A stretch of DNA of 63,977 nt, filler included, from a bacterium (GTDB lineage: Bacteria > UBA9089 > CG2-30-40-21 > SBAY01): assembly GCA_040757115.1 (NCBI GenBank). It is 18 parts of 18 records of this genome, joined end to end, with 100 filler letters (N's around TTAATTAATTAA, not from the genome) between each part and the next. Parts side by side here need not be neighbours in the genome. Positions count along the whole stretch, not along the records: positions 1 to 24,480 come from JBFLYA010000038.1; 17 more parts are not named here. One strand, written 5' to 3'. The notes under the pieces were generated by a model. It searched no databases. It saw nothing but the letters and a program-made list of their open reading frames with translations, and was not told where the DNA came from. The position numbers and the translations under genes are program-made. Of this stretch, positions 8,312 through 18,370 are shown in pieces. Position 1 is the stretch's first letter. Each line of letters starts with the position of its first letter.

Positions 8312-8528
8312 ACCACGCCTCCAAAAGAGTTGATTCATGCTCTACTACAAGACGAGCAATCTGATTTAGTTCGTGTCCAGGAAAACCCCGGTTTTTCACC
8401 AAGGAAACAGGAGTTATCCAAAACTTGGCGATTCGACGGTCCCGCTTTACATGAATATGGGGTGGTTCACCCTTATCGGAACTAAAGAAAACAAATCTAT
8501 ATGGGCCATCTTCGAGAACAGTTGGCAT
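8292..8528 (-). CDS. DUF4160 family protein (putative TA component)
   Basis: MPTVL..GPYRFVFFS..EPPHIHV..AKFW..EAWYEYFG. Confidence 0.85.
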   Translation of the reverse strand: MPTVLEDGPYRFVFFSSDKGEPPHIHVKRDRRIAKFWITPVSLVKNRGFPGHELNQIARLVVEHESTLLEAWYEYFGA

Positions 8529-8606
8529 AATCGCCTCTCCTTATATCTCTTGTATAATAAGTTTTACTGGTTAATTTCCAAGTGATAACAGGTTGTCACT
8601 ACTATG

Positions 8607-8738
8607 GGCTAACGATAAAGTTCAGGTGCGGCGGGGAGGATTGCCACTAAACTTTGTAAGCAAGACAAAACTTTGATAAACCACAAACTTTTGAAAAACA
8701 GTTAGCCCCCCGCCGTCCACTGCAACGCCTGGTTAGGT
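8607..8738 (-). repeat. attC-like site (copy 3, 132 bp)
   Basis: ACCTAAC..GTTGCAG..CTGAAC..GTTAGCC on the minus strand; same length and stem as copies 1-2. Confidence 0.75.
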
Positions 8739-8848
8739 ATAATACTTCTCACTGCAATTCTCTTTTCTTCCCTTGCCGGAGAACTATTGTCCATTCCATA
8801 ATCAAGTTTAACCCTAAATCTCTCTCATTTATTCTAACAACTCTTGCT

Positions 8849-10111
8849 TCAGTCGCAGTGAACGAAACGAACAGTTGTCTGCAAGTGTTTGCTATCTGAT
8901 TTTGTAGATTCCTTGTTGGTTTCATATTTTATTAATTTACTTAATCTATCTTTAGTTGCTTTTTCTATCTTAGAAGCATCAGTGTCATTAAATTTAATTT
9001 TATAATGTTCAGCAATTTTCTTTAGAATAGAGTTATCCATTTCTTTAAAAACCTTATTTGTTTTAATAGCATATAAGACATAAAGTTTTTTGTTTTGCTG
9101 GACATCTTCTATGTTGATAAGGGGGGATAAGTTCCCATACAACCACGCATTTTCAGGATTGAACAGATTTTTCAGTGCATAAAGATAGGAATATTTATAA
9201 AGATTCTCCAATGTCACCACAATTCCGTTGGGATGCTCTCTTGTCATAAAAGAGGCATTTTTCTTTAAAGAATTAATATCTCTAAATGAGTAATAATACA
9301 AACCAATAGGAGATTTCTGAACATCATTTTTGCGCGGAGGATATTTATTGATATATCCGTCAGTAGTTTTAAAATCGGATAAAACAAATGTGTTGGGACT
9401 GCCTAATATATTAAATCTGAAATTCCTGATATAATCAAATGTCATTCCATCTGAACATTTTTCATAAAGAGATACTAATATCGGAAATTTTCCTATTCCT
9501 GTTCCATGGAACAATGCGCTGGAAAATATTTCGCCTTTTATTAGTTTGTAGTTATCCTTAAAATCTCGCAATCTCTTAAAATTAGTCTCTTTTATTAAAT
9601 ATGATAGCGGATGCAGCACACAAACAATATCAGCATTGAGTTTATGATATGATTTTAAGAATGAAACCCCTATATCTCTATCGTATAAGTCTTCATCGCA
9701 TATATTTTGCCCCTTCTCGCCGTTTCTGAATTCTGATGTTGTATCGTTGTAAGGAGGATTGCCTACCATTATTAAAAATGCAGAGGAAGAAATTAAATAT
9801 TTATCTCTATTAACTCCCTTTAACGAATTTGTCTGAAAAATATTATGTTGATTAAAATGTTGCTTGAGAAACTGGCAGGCTTTTAAATCACAATCCGCTA
9901 TCCGATAATTATAATTTTTGAGACCAAATATAAAAGCCCCACACCCCCCGGCACTATCAAAAACAATACACTTTTTTCCTATGTCCCTTAAGTAAGGGAT
10001 TATAAATTCATGAACCTGTTTGACAAGGACATCAGGAGTATAGTAACTGCCTAATTGAATTCTTTCATTTTTTGTTAGGTGTTCTGCTAAATGTGCTTGC
10101 ATAATTATCAC
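8849..10111 (-). CDS. N6-adenine DNA methyltransferase
   Basis: GSYYTP, FDSAGGCGAF (motif I), GNPPY (motif IV). Confidence 0.85.
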   Translation of the reverse strand: MIIMQAHLAEHLTKNERIQLGSYYTPDVLVKQVHEFIIPYLRDIGKKCIVFDSAGGCGAFIFGLKNYNYRIADCDLKACQFLKQHFNQHNIFQTNSLKGVNRDKYLISSSAFLIMVGNPPYNDTTSEFRNGEKGQNICDEDLYDRDIGVSFLKSYHKLNADIVCVLHPLSYLIKETNFKRLRDFKDNYKLIKGEIFSSALFHGTGIGKFPILVSLYEKCSDGMTFDYIRNFRFNILGSPNTFVLSDFKTTDGYINKYPPRKNDVQKSPIGLYYYSFRDINSLKKNASFMTREHPNGIVVTLENLYKYSYLYALKNLFNPENAWLYGNLSPLINIEDVQQNKKLYVLYAIKTNKVFKEMDNSILKKIAEHYKIKFNDTDASKIEKATKDRLSKLIKYETNKESTKSDSKHLQTTVRFVHCD

Positions 10112-10857
10112 CTGCTGATAATCTCAAGAAGTATTTTAAGGATTTCAACAACATCATGATTGTGCCGTTTGGATGCCATTCCAAAAACCTTCATCATACA
10201 TATAAGATTTGAGATATTGGCATTGCTGATTACATATTCAAGTTTATCAGTAGGAACAGATGATTTACCAAGGAGGATTGAATAATTCCTAAATGATTTT
10301 AATGGTATGCAAAAATAAACCATTGGTTGAACACCAGTAGCATATTGTTGTTTTTGAATAGATATTTCTACTTGTGTTCCATCTAAAGTTTCAATCATAA
10401 ACAGTGTCGGCAAATTAATACTCGTTTCTTCAAAATTTATTCCATTTATAGTTAACTGTGAATGGTGTTCAACGGTTATGGCTTTTTCATCTATAAAACT
10501 TTTGTAATTACTTATTTCCTTAAGCAGGTTTTGGATTTCTTCTATAGAGACAAATTTTAATTCCATAGCCTTATAAAATATTTCCGATAATTCATAAGGA
10601 TATTTTGTTTTTCCGTTACTTCCAATAAAATGCTTGTTTGTTAATTTTGTTCCTTTTTTGCCTGCTTCAACATCGTTAATAGGGACATCATAACCTATTT
10701 GCCATTCCAAGTATGTTTGGTCATCAAAAGTCCCTTCTCTTGTCGAAAAGGTTTCACCAAAATCTAATCTATTTTGTCTTTTCTTAAATCTGAATTTGCC
10801 GGCATTAGTAGCGGGGATAGTTAATAAAATATTGTTTTCTTTAATTGCATAATCCAT
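10108..10857 (-). CDS. R.PabI-family restriction enzyme (HALFPIPE DNA glycosylase)
   Basis: GKFRFK, FSTR, YLEWQIGYD, YELSE, QYATGVQPM motifs; lies between two MTases. Confidence 0.8.
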   Translation of the reverse strand: MDYAIKENNILLTIPATNAGKFRFKKRQNRLDFGETFSTREGTFDDQTYLEWQIGYDVPINDVEAGKKGTKLTNKHFIGSNGKTKYPYELSEIFYKAMELKFVSIEEIQNLLKEISNYKSFIDEKAITVEHHSQLTINGINFEETSINLPTLFMIETLDGTQVEISIQKQQYATGVQPMVYFCIPLKSFRNYSILLGKSSVPTDKLEYVISNANISNLICMMKVFGMASKRHNHDVVEILKILLEIISR

Positions 10858-10868
10858 TTTTTATCTCC

Positions 10869-11591
10869 CTATTTTATGGTATTTCTTGATTCTTTTATAG
10901 CTGTTCTCAATGCCCATTGGATTCTTTCAAGAGCAATTTTATAATATTTTTCTTCAATTTCAAAACCAATAAATCTTCTATTAAGCTGAAGACAGGCTAC
11001 GGCAGTGCTACCGCTTCCTATGAAAGGATCCAAAATTAAGTCATTCTCTTTTGTGAACATTTTTAATATCTCTTTTATAAAGTGTTTGGGTTTCGGTGTC
11101 GGATGGTCTATATATCCTTCATCAGGTTCAACCATTTTTCCTGGGGTGTCAACAAATATATCTTTATTCCAGCGAATAATTTTAGGTTTTCCTTTTTTAA
11201 AGATAAAACAAGACATAAATTTAGTCAGGCCGATTGGAGATTTAACCCTTCCTTCAGGACAATACAAGATAATCTGCCAGAAATAATTAAATGGATTGTT
11301 CTCAAATAGTCGTGGCAAAAACTTTGTGCTAAAGAATGTAATAAAAAAACTATTGTCTTTTAGAATCCTGTTGCATTCTGAAAGGACATTATAAAAAAGA
11401 CTTAAATCAGCATCGCCTCTGATAGCATCTTTTCTTAATCCATATGGTGGGTCAGTAAGCACGACATCTATCGAATTGTTTGGAATTAATCTTATCAGTT
11501 CCAAACAATTTCCACAAATTATGTTATCAATAAAATCTTCGGGATATTTAAGGTCAAATTTAATTATATTGCTGTTTTTTACCATTTTCAT
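10869..11591 (-). CDS. Beta-class N4/N6 DNA methyltransferase
   Basis: TDPPY, HPTPKP, LDPFIGSGST. Confidence 0.9.
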   Translation of the reverse strand: MKMVKNSNIIKFDLKYPEDFIDNIICGNCLELIRLIPNNSIDVVLTDPPYGLRKDAIRGDADLSLFYNVLSECNRILKDNSFFITFFSTKFLPRLFENNPFNYFWQIILYCPEGRVKSPIGLTKFMSCFIFKKGKPKIIRWNKDIFVDTPGKMVEPDEGYIDHPTPKPKHFIKEILKMFTKENDLILDPFIGSGSTAVACLQLNRRFIGFEIEEKYYKIALERIQWALRTAIKESRNTIK

Positions 11592-11635
11592 TTTAGTTCT
11601 TAATCCTTCACATTTGTAGCCTAACCATGGATTAC

Positions 11636-11723
11636 ATTCGACCCTTTCAGGGTCGAGTTTTGCGGGCGTTTATTTCCGTAGATTGCATCTACGGTTATTT
11701 AAAATTCGACGCTTTCAGCGTCA
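11636..11723. repeat. REP-like palindrome pair
   Basis: ATTCGACCCTTTCAGGGTCGA and ATTCGACGCTTTCAGCGTC. Confidence 0.5.
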
Positions 11724-11953
11724 ATAACCTAAAACCTAACCGCACAGGTCGCAATTTTTCTAATCTTCTAATCTCTAATTCACTAATTCACTAATTCGCT
11801 CATAAATCAATCGGCTCTATGTCAAATTTCGGTTAATAAGTGCTATAAGCGTTCAAGTAGTGTAAGAAAAGGAGAGTGAAAAATGAGGGGTGAAGAATGA
11901 GCAGTAACCATCTGAGTGTTGACACCTGATGGCTGAACGCTTACAACAATTTA

Positions 11954-13420
11954 TTATCCTTTAACCACACCAAGTGGTCTTAATTTAGCTACTCGTCTGG
12001 CGATGCCGGCATTATGAAGGACACTAACTACCTGTGTAACATCCTTATATGCCTCAGGCATTTCTTCGGCTAATGTTTCTCTTCCAGCGGACCGAACCAA
12101 TATTCCTTTAATTTTTAATTCTTCATCGATTGCCCTGCCGCGAGCCTGGTTTATGGCGGCGGTTCTTGAAAGCACTCTGCCGGCACCATGACAGGCAGTG
12201 CCAAATGCCTCTTCCATACCCAGTGCAGTCCCAATTAAAACATAAGAAGCTGTCCCCATATCCCCGGGCACAATCACTGGTTGACCTACACATTTGTAAT
12301 CTTCAGGTAAGACAGGATGATTAGCCGGAAATGCCCGTGTTGCACCTTTGCGGTGGACACAAAGTTTAATCTTTTTGCCAGCAACATTATGTTCCTCAAT
12401 TTTACCAATATTATGTGCAACATCATAGACTAATTCCATGCCTAATTCGGATAGTTTCATCCCCAATACCTGCTTAAATACTTCTCTGGTTAAGTGCATC
12501 AAGCATTGTCTATTTGCCCAGGCGTAATTTGCGGCCGCGGACATTGCTCCAAAATAAGCTTTACCTTCCGGCGAATTAAATGGAGCACATGCCAGCTGCC
12601 TATCGGGTAAAAATATCCCATATTTTCTTACCGCGTCACCCATTGAGTGTAAATAATCTTCACAGACCTGGTAACCCAGTCCTCTTGACCCGGAATGAAT
12701 CATAGTGGTAATTTGTCCTTCTTGTAGTCCAAATACCTTTGCCACTGCCGAGTCATAAATTTTCTCTACTACCTGAACCTCTAAAAAATGATTGCCAGAA
12801 CCTAATGTGCCCAGTTGTGCCAGCCCTCGTTCCATTGCTTTATGACTAATCCTATCCGGAGCCGCCATTGCCAGACATCCTTCTTCTTCGGTATGAGATA
12901 AATCCTCATTTATCCCATATCCTTTTGAAACAGCCCATTTTGACCCATTAATTAAAACATCTACCTCTTCTTTAGGTGAGAGTTTAATCATTCCTTTTGA
13001 GCCTAATCCGGATGGTATGTTATGAAATAAACTATTAATTAATATTGAAAGTTTAGCCTGAATATCTATCAGAGAGAGATTAGTTCGGACCAATCTTACC
13101 CCACAATTAATATCCGAGCCAACTCCACCTGGTGAGATAACACCGCCCTGCTCAATATCTGTTGCGGCAACACCGCCAATTGGCAAGCCATAACCCCAAT
13201 GAATATCAGGCATAGCTAATGAGTATTTAACTATACCTGGCAAACAGGCAACATTTGCAACCTGCACTGGCGTATTATCTTTTTTAATATGGCTAATCAT
13301 CGAGTCATCTGCATATATTAATCCTGGAACTTGCATCTCTCGCCGATAACTTTTCGGGATTCGATAACGATAATCATCAATTTTTTCTAAGGGTCCTTGA
13401 TAACCAACTCCTTGTGACAT
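11954..13420 (-). CDS. rtcB: RNA-splicing/repair ligase RtcB
   Basis: MPDIHWGYG, DINCGVR, GSGNHF, HSGSRG, HRKGAT, HGAGR, EEMPEAYKD. Confidence 0.95.
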   Translation of the reverse strand: MSQGVGYQGPLEKIDDYRYRIPKSYRREMQVPGLIYADDSMISHIKKDNTPVQVANVACLPGIVKYSLAMPDIHWGYGLPIGGVAATDIEQGGVISPGGVGSDINCGVRLVRTNLSLIDIQAKLSILINSLFHNIPSGLGSKGMIKLSPKEEVDVLINGSKWAVSKGYGINEDLSHTEEEGCLAMAAPDRISHKAMERGLAQLGTLGSGNHFLEVQVVEKIYDSAVAKVFGLQEGQITTMIHSGSRGLGYQVCEDYLHSMGDAVRKYGIFLPDRQLACAPFNSPEGKAYFGAMSAAANYAWANRQCLMHLTREVFKQVLGMKLSELGMELVYDVAHNIGKIEEHNVAGKKIKLCVHRKGATRAFPANHPVLPEDYKCVGQPVIVPGDMGTASYVLIGTALGMEEAFGTACHGAGRVLSRTAAINQARGRAIDEELKIKGILVRSAGRETLAEEMPEAYKDVTQVVSVLHNAGIARRVAKLRPLGVVKG

Positions 13421-13645
13421 CTTTATGTTTACCTCCTTTTATCAGAAGAACGCTCTCGGATAAAATTAAGCGGTAATTTTATTAGCCTTCGCACACCGCA
13501 AATTTTTCCTTCACCCCCACTTTTTAAGTAGAGAGTAGAAAGTAGAGAGTAGAGAGTAGGAATTTTGTTTTATTTACTTCCTATTTCCCGTTTCTTACTT
13601 CCTATTTTTATCCGAGAGGCTTCCAGAATAACTGCCTTCTATCTT

Positions 13646-14713
13646 CTACCATGTTTGCTGATTAGATTTAATATAATTTAACCATCGACCTGTCAATTCT
13701 GGCAGGCTTTTAATCTCTGGTGAATAGGCATTTTCTAATGCCTTATTTAACTCCATACCTTCCTTTAAATTCTTGCAAAAGGCATAAAGTTTTCCTCTTC
13801 CATGCACATCTATCAGGTAAGTTACGATACTTAAAGATTCGGTGTACCACAGATGGATAATCTCAATTTTATTCTGTTGTGAGATGTCAATCGCGGTAAG
13901 TTGGTCAGCAGTGAAATATTTTCCTCCTCTTATCTGGTCAAGTATCTCTTGATAATTATTTATGTATGTTTTGCAAAACTTATTCTCTTCATACACGGCT
14001 AATCCCTCGGCAAGCCATTTAGGGAAATTGGGGCTAAATTCCATAAAGTCAGCGAAGATTAAATGAGTTAATTCATGAGGAATAACGGCATCAATTAGGT
14101 TTTCGGCATCTTTATGGGAGTAAATTGAGCGGGTTTTAAATTCACTGTATCCAGATGACCAGGTAGCTTTACCTGTCGCCTTAAAATAATCCTCCGGGGT
14201 ATCAAAAACATAAATAGTAACCTTATCCTTTAACCAGAATCCAGCATCACCAAATCCTAAATCTGTTGGTATATCGTAATAGATTTCTACTTTAGCTACA
14301 ATATCATCCGCTAAAATTGCATCACTGGTATAAATGATAAAGTGGGATGTCTCTCTTTTAACAGCTAATTGATATGCTGGTTGTGTAGTAGCAGTACTAA
14401 ATTCAGAATTTATTTCCGCAGAAGATAACCTGTCAACTGGCACTTTAGTTCTTCTATACATTTCTTCTCGTTTCGTAACGCTATTAATTGCCCAGCAGGC
14501 GACGACAATAATCACGATTAAAGATAACCAGACATCTAATCCTATCCATCTTTTCCATCCTCTTCCCTCACGATGCCTATGCATAATCATATATCTTTCT
14601 TCTTCAGGACTTACATCAGCCTTTTTAGATGATTCCTTTCGAAATACCGCATGGCATAGATTACAAAATAATGCTTCATCTGGATTGTTATAACCACATT
14701 TTGGACATTGCAT
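13646..14713 (-). CDS. Zinc-ribbon + TM + peptidase MA-like metallohydrolase
   Basis: N-terminal CPKC..FCNLC, one TM helix, HELTH..WLAEGLA. Confidence 0.75.
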   Translation of the reverse strand: MQCPKCGYNNPDEALFCNLCHAVFRKESSKKADVSPEEERYMIMHRHREGRGWKRWIGLDVWLSLIVIIVVACWAINSVTKREEMYRRTKVPVDRLSSAEINSEFSTATTQPAYQLAVKRETSHFIIYTSDAILADDIVAKVEIYYDIPTDLGFGDAGFWLKDKVTIYVFDTPEDYFKATGKATWSSGYSEFKTRSIYSHKDAENLIDAVIPHELTHLIFADFMEFSPNFPKWLAEGLAVYEENKFCKTYINNYQEILDQIRGGKYFTADQLTAIDISQQNKIEIIHLWYTESLSIVTYLIDVHGRGKLYAFCKNLKEGMELNKALENAYSPEIKSLPELTGRWLNYIKSNQQTW

Positions 14714-14785
14714 TTCATTATTCCTCTTTATACTTCATCATCCAGGACTTTTAAAGATTTGTCAAGTGGATGACCCAGAATTTTC

Positions 14786-14985
14786 GGTGGTGTCTGAAAA
14801 TAACGCTAATAGTGAAATCTATGCAGATTTGGTGTCCAAAAGGGGATAAGGAAATAAAGGGAGATATGGAGATTATTCATTGTAATTTGCAAAATTTTAG
14901 AATGAATTTATCTCCTTATCTCCATAATCCCCATATCTCCTTTTCTTACACTATTTCAACCTTTATGCTAGATTAAGACACCACC
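14786..14985. mobile_element. MITE with GGTGGTGTCT termini and 8-bp target duplication GAATTTTC (related copy 22279-22634)
   Basis: GGTGGTGTCT..AGACACCACC flanked by GAATTTTC on both sides; supplies the stop codon of the GT39 gene. Confidence 0.7.
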
Positions 14986-16739
14986 GAATTTTCTAAAATC
15001 TTATATATTCTATATCCAACTTTTTCTGCCAAAAATTTATATTCTTTTTCAACCCTATTAATATCAATATTTCTTAGCCTTAGATCTGGCTCGCCAATAA
15101 TGAAGTAATCAATATCCCATTTTTTGATACAATCTAATATAGTTTCCATATTTTCATTAGGAGTAAAGAATCCTTTTCTACCAGTCCAATAAGCAATGGC
15201 ATGGGCATCGCAAATCATAATCTTTTCATCTGACCCTGTATTATCTTTAATCCAGGAATATAATTTTTGTTCTGGAATCTCCTTTTGGCTGTATCTGTCA
15301 TAAACAACATATATAGACTGCAAGATTAAAATAATACCGATAAGAGAAATAAGTATTTTTCTATTTATGATTATATTTATTCCAAATATCCCTAATAATA
15401 CACAATGTGATATTAAAAAGCCTGTATATCCTGCCCGGGGTCCCGATACACATAAACAGATTATCAATCCTAAATAAAATAAAGATGGAATTAGTTTTGT
15501 TGACCATTTGATTATACCATAGAGGACTACTATCAATAAAGGGTATGATAGAAATCCTGCAAGTGCCGCATTTAGTCTTACAGGATTCCAGAGAGCCTGC
15601 ATATCCCAGGTTGAAAATGTAATTGAATATGGTCTGGGCAAAAAGGTCAGGTAGAGACTCCCTATTTTAGTCTGAAGAAAGGTGATGGGATTCAATATAA
15701 ATTCAAGATAGGATTTAAGTGTTGGAGGATTGAGGGTCAGGAATTCTTGCCATGTTCTCGTGATTGAGATATATTTACCAGATGTATGGACAGGATTCCC
15801 AAAGATTAAATAATTCCTTATGAGCCACGGAGATATGAGCAATAAAAAGATAAATATTGGATAGAAATATGACGCCTTTATTTGTATCTTCCTATTTTTT
15901 ATAACCTCAAATATTACCTTCCTATCCCTAATTAATTCAATTAAAATTAATGATAAAATCAGGAATAAAGAAGCTGGATGTAAAAGATAAGAGCCAGCTC
16001 CTATAATTGCAACATAATTCCAGTCTCTTTTTAAATAAAGATAAAAAAGGCACAGGGAAAAATATACACAAGAAGAAGGACCAGTTATCTCAAAGGGACC
16101 AGATAGGAAACAAGGATTTATGGTTATTAAAAGTATAGTTGAGTAAATGGCGCAGTTTTCACTATATAATTTTTTAGCAATAAGGTAAATTGGTAAAAGT
16201 ATTGAAACAATAAATAATACTAGAACCAATTTTGCCACTTCAAAAGATTGACCAAATATAGAGAAAACAAAACCTAAAATTAAATTAAATAGTGGCGGTC
16301 TATATTGGGCATAAAATGCCTTATCAATTCCTTGCCAATAACTCTCCGTAAACGGTAATACTACCCAGGCTTTATCGGTTAAGAAACTTTTTGCAAGCGA
16401 GATATGCCAATATGAATCCCCGCTTATGGGAAATTTTGATATCGTTGACACACTTGCGTAGAGGATTAAAGTTATCCCAAAGATAAGTAATAATTTTCCC
16501 GGGATATTAAAATCTGGTCTTCTAAAAAATAAGGTAATAAGAGACAAAGGGAAAACGGCTAATGACCACAGGATTGGAATTTTAAAGAGATGAAGAACAA
16601 CAGCCAGTCCTGCATACATCAGGATAGAAAAGCCAAATGAAAAGCAAAATCTTTCTTCACCTTGAAATTTCTTGCTTGAAATCAAATAACCTGGTAGATA
16701 AAACAAAATAAATAGAATAAGTATCTGGATAATAAACAT
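14973..16739 (-). CDS. GT-C membrane glycosyltransferase (GT39/ArnT-like)
   Basis: Many TM helices, GDSYWH, YRPPLF, PWLIRNY..FGNP. Confidence 0.75.
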   Translation of the reverse strand: MFIIQILILFILFYLPGYLISSKKFQGEERFCFSFGFSILMYAGLAVVLHLFKIPILWSLAVFPLSLITLFFRRPDFNIPGKLLLIFGITLILYASVSTISKFPISGDSYWHISLAKSFLTDKAWVVLPFTESYWQGIDKAFYAQYRPPLFNLILGFVFSIFGQSFEVAKLVLVLFIVSILLPIYLIAKKLYSENCAIYSTILLITINPCFLSGPFEITGPSSCVYFSLCLFYLYLKRDWNYVAIIGAGSYLLHPASLFLILSLILIELIRDRKVIFEVIKNRKIQIKASYFYPIFIFLLLISPWLIRNYLIFGNPVHTSGKYISITRTWQEFLTLNPPTLKSYLEFILNPITFLQTKIGSLYLTFLPRPYSITFSTWDMQALWNPVRLNAALAGFLSYPLLIVVLYGIIKWSTKLIPSLFYLGLIICLCVSGPRAGYTGFLISHCVLLGIFGINIIINRKILISLIGIILILQSIYVVYDRYSQKEIPEQKLYSWIKDNTGSDEKIMICDAHAIAYWTGRKGFFTPNENMETILDCIKKWDIDYFIIGEPDLRLRNIDINRVEKEYKFLAEKVGYRIYKILENSVVS

Positions 16740-16821
16740 TTTAATATCTCCCTTATGTTTGGTAACTGGTAACTGGTAATTAGTTACCAATCACCAGTTA
16801 CTAATTACCCCATTAACTCTT

Positions 16822-17763
16822 CTAATCAAAAATCCCTTTTCTCGTTAATGCCTGGATAAATCTATTAATTATAGGCAATCTTGACACTTTAATTGATTTT
16901 ATCGCCTCTTCTTCCTTTATCATTACTTCCATCTCTATTTCTTGTAATTTATGAATATAGTTAGTCAAATACTCATCTTCCTTACCTTCACCTCTCTCCA
17001 CAAAGACCTGTAACTTTTCTAATTCATCTTTATCGAGCCAGATACCGTGATTTTTTCTACAGTGGTCAATTATCACTCCTGAGGTATAGCTATAATTTAC
17101 CCGTTCCATTAGATGTCCACAAATGGGACAGAGAAGAGTATCAACTAATTCATGGGGACGTGAGATTTTAGCGTCTTCTTTGTTTGCGGTTATTTCGGGA
17201 AAATGCTCTTGAGTGAACTTTTTCTCTCTGATTTTGAGTATTTGATAGAGTTCATCGCTATCACACCAGATACCACCGCAAATTTTACATATATCAGTTT
17301 TTACGCCTTCGTAATCTATCTCCATTAATTGCTTATGACATCGAGGGCAATCTTTTGTTCCTAATAAAACATCCTTCTCATGAGTCTGCTCTATTCTTTC
17401 TAATGAATTATCATGTTCTTCCATAACTATCTGAATCTTTTCTAACTCACCTTGATTAAACCATAATCCATCTTTTTGAGGACATCGGTCGAGTATAACC
17501 CCAGTATTAATGGCGTAATTAAACTTTTGCATCTGTGAACCACATTTAGGGCAGTTATGGATTTTACCTTTTCCTGCATCTACTCCAATAGACTGAAAGG
17601 TAGTAATTCTTTCTTCTTCACTAAAAGGTGTTTGTCTTCTATCTATTATGGGGCTTAATTCTCCATAATCTAACCAATTCCCGCCGCAGTTATTACAGGA
17701 ATCAATCACTATCCCTTCATACTCCCTTTCTACTAATTCTGAATGACACTCTGGACAAATCAT
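16822..17763 (-). CDS. Protein with four TFIIB-type zinc-finger (zf-TFIIB) repeats
   Basis: Four CPxC..IDxCxxCxG(I/N/L)W(L/F/C)DxxEL units. Confidence 0.8.
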   Translation of the reverse strand: MICPECHSELVEREYEGIVIDSCNNCGGNWLDYGELSPIIDRRQTPFSEEERITTFQSIGVDAGKGKIHNCPKCGSQMQKFNYAINTGVILDRCPQKDGLWFNQGELEKIQIVMEEHDNSLERIEQTHEKDVLLGTKDCPRCHKQLMEIDYEGVKTDICKICGGIWCDSDELYQILKIREKKFTQEHFPEITANKEDAKISRPHELVDTLLCPICGHLMERVNYSYTSGVIIDHCRKNHGIWLDKDELEKLQVFVERGEGKEDEYLTNYIHKLQEIEMEVMIKEEEAIKSIKVSRLPIINRFIQALTRKGIFD

Positions 17764-18370
17764 TTTTTATGCCTCCTTTTTTGCTATAGTTTCGTGATTT
17801 TTAGAAGATTGAAATCCCCTGAAAACACAAGGAAGAGGAATTATTGCAAAGTTATGGCTAAACCATGAGTTGCAAAAAATAGTGAGTGAATTACAAAATT
17901 CCAAATCACAAATTCCAAATTACAAATAAATTCCAATGACCAAAAATCAAAATTCCAAACAAAAGAAGGAGAAGTGCTTTTCAATGAGGCAATAGAATTA
18001 AAGAAAAGTTATATTCCCCTCTTGAGAGGGGTTAGAGGTGTGTCCTTCAATTATTGAAAAACCTAAATCTGACATTATTGAGCAAAATATTCAACTCCCT
18101 TTAACAAAATTGATAAAGCAATAGGTTTTGGAATTTGGTGCTTGGAATTTATTTGGAATTTGTTATTTGAAATTTGGAATTTATATTGCAAGGTTATGGT
18201 TAAACCATGATGAATAAATTCACGAAACTCCAGTTTTTGGTAATTTGGTAACTAAATTACCAGTGACTAATTATCATTCACCAATGTCCTTATCTCTTAT
18301 AATCTTCTGCTATACGCAGGTTAATACAATTTTGGATTTTCGATTGGATAACTCCAAAATCAAAAGTGAC

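Noticed and set aside
29-8738. 132-bp repeats or heptamer arrays as a CRISPR array
   Set aside because: No 25-45-bp repeats with unique spacers anywhere in the window, including next to csm5
11954-13420. rtcB as a functional part of the tRNA-His island
   Set aside because: Separated by the RM and TA units and outside the attC-bounded region; looks like a resident gene
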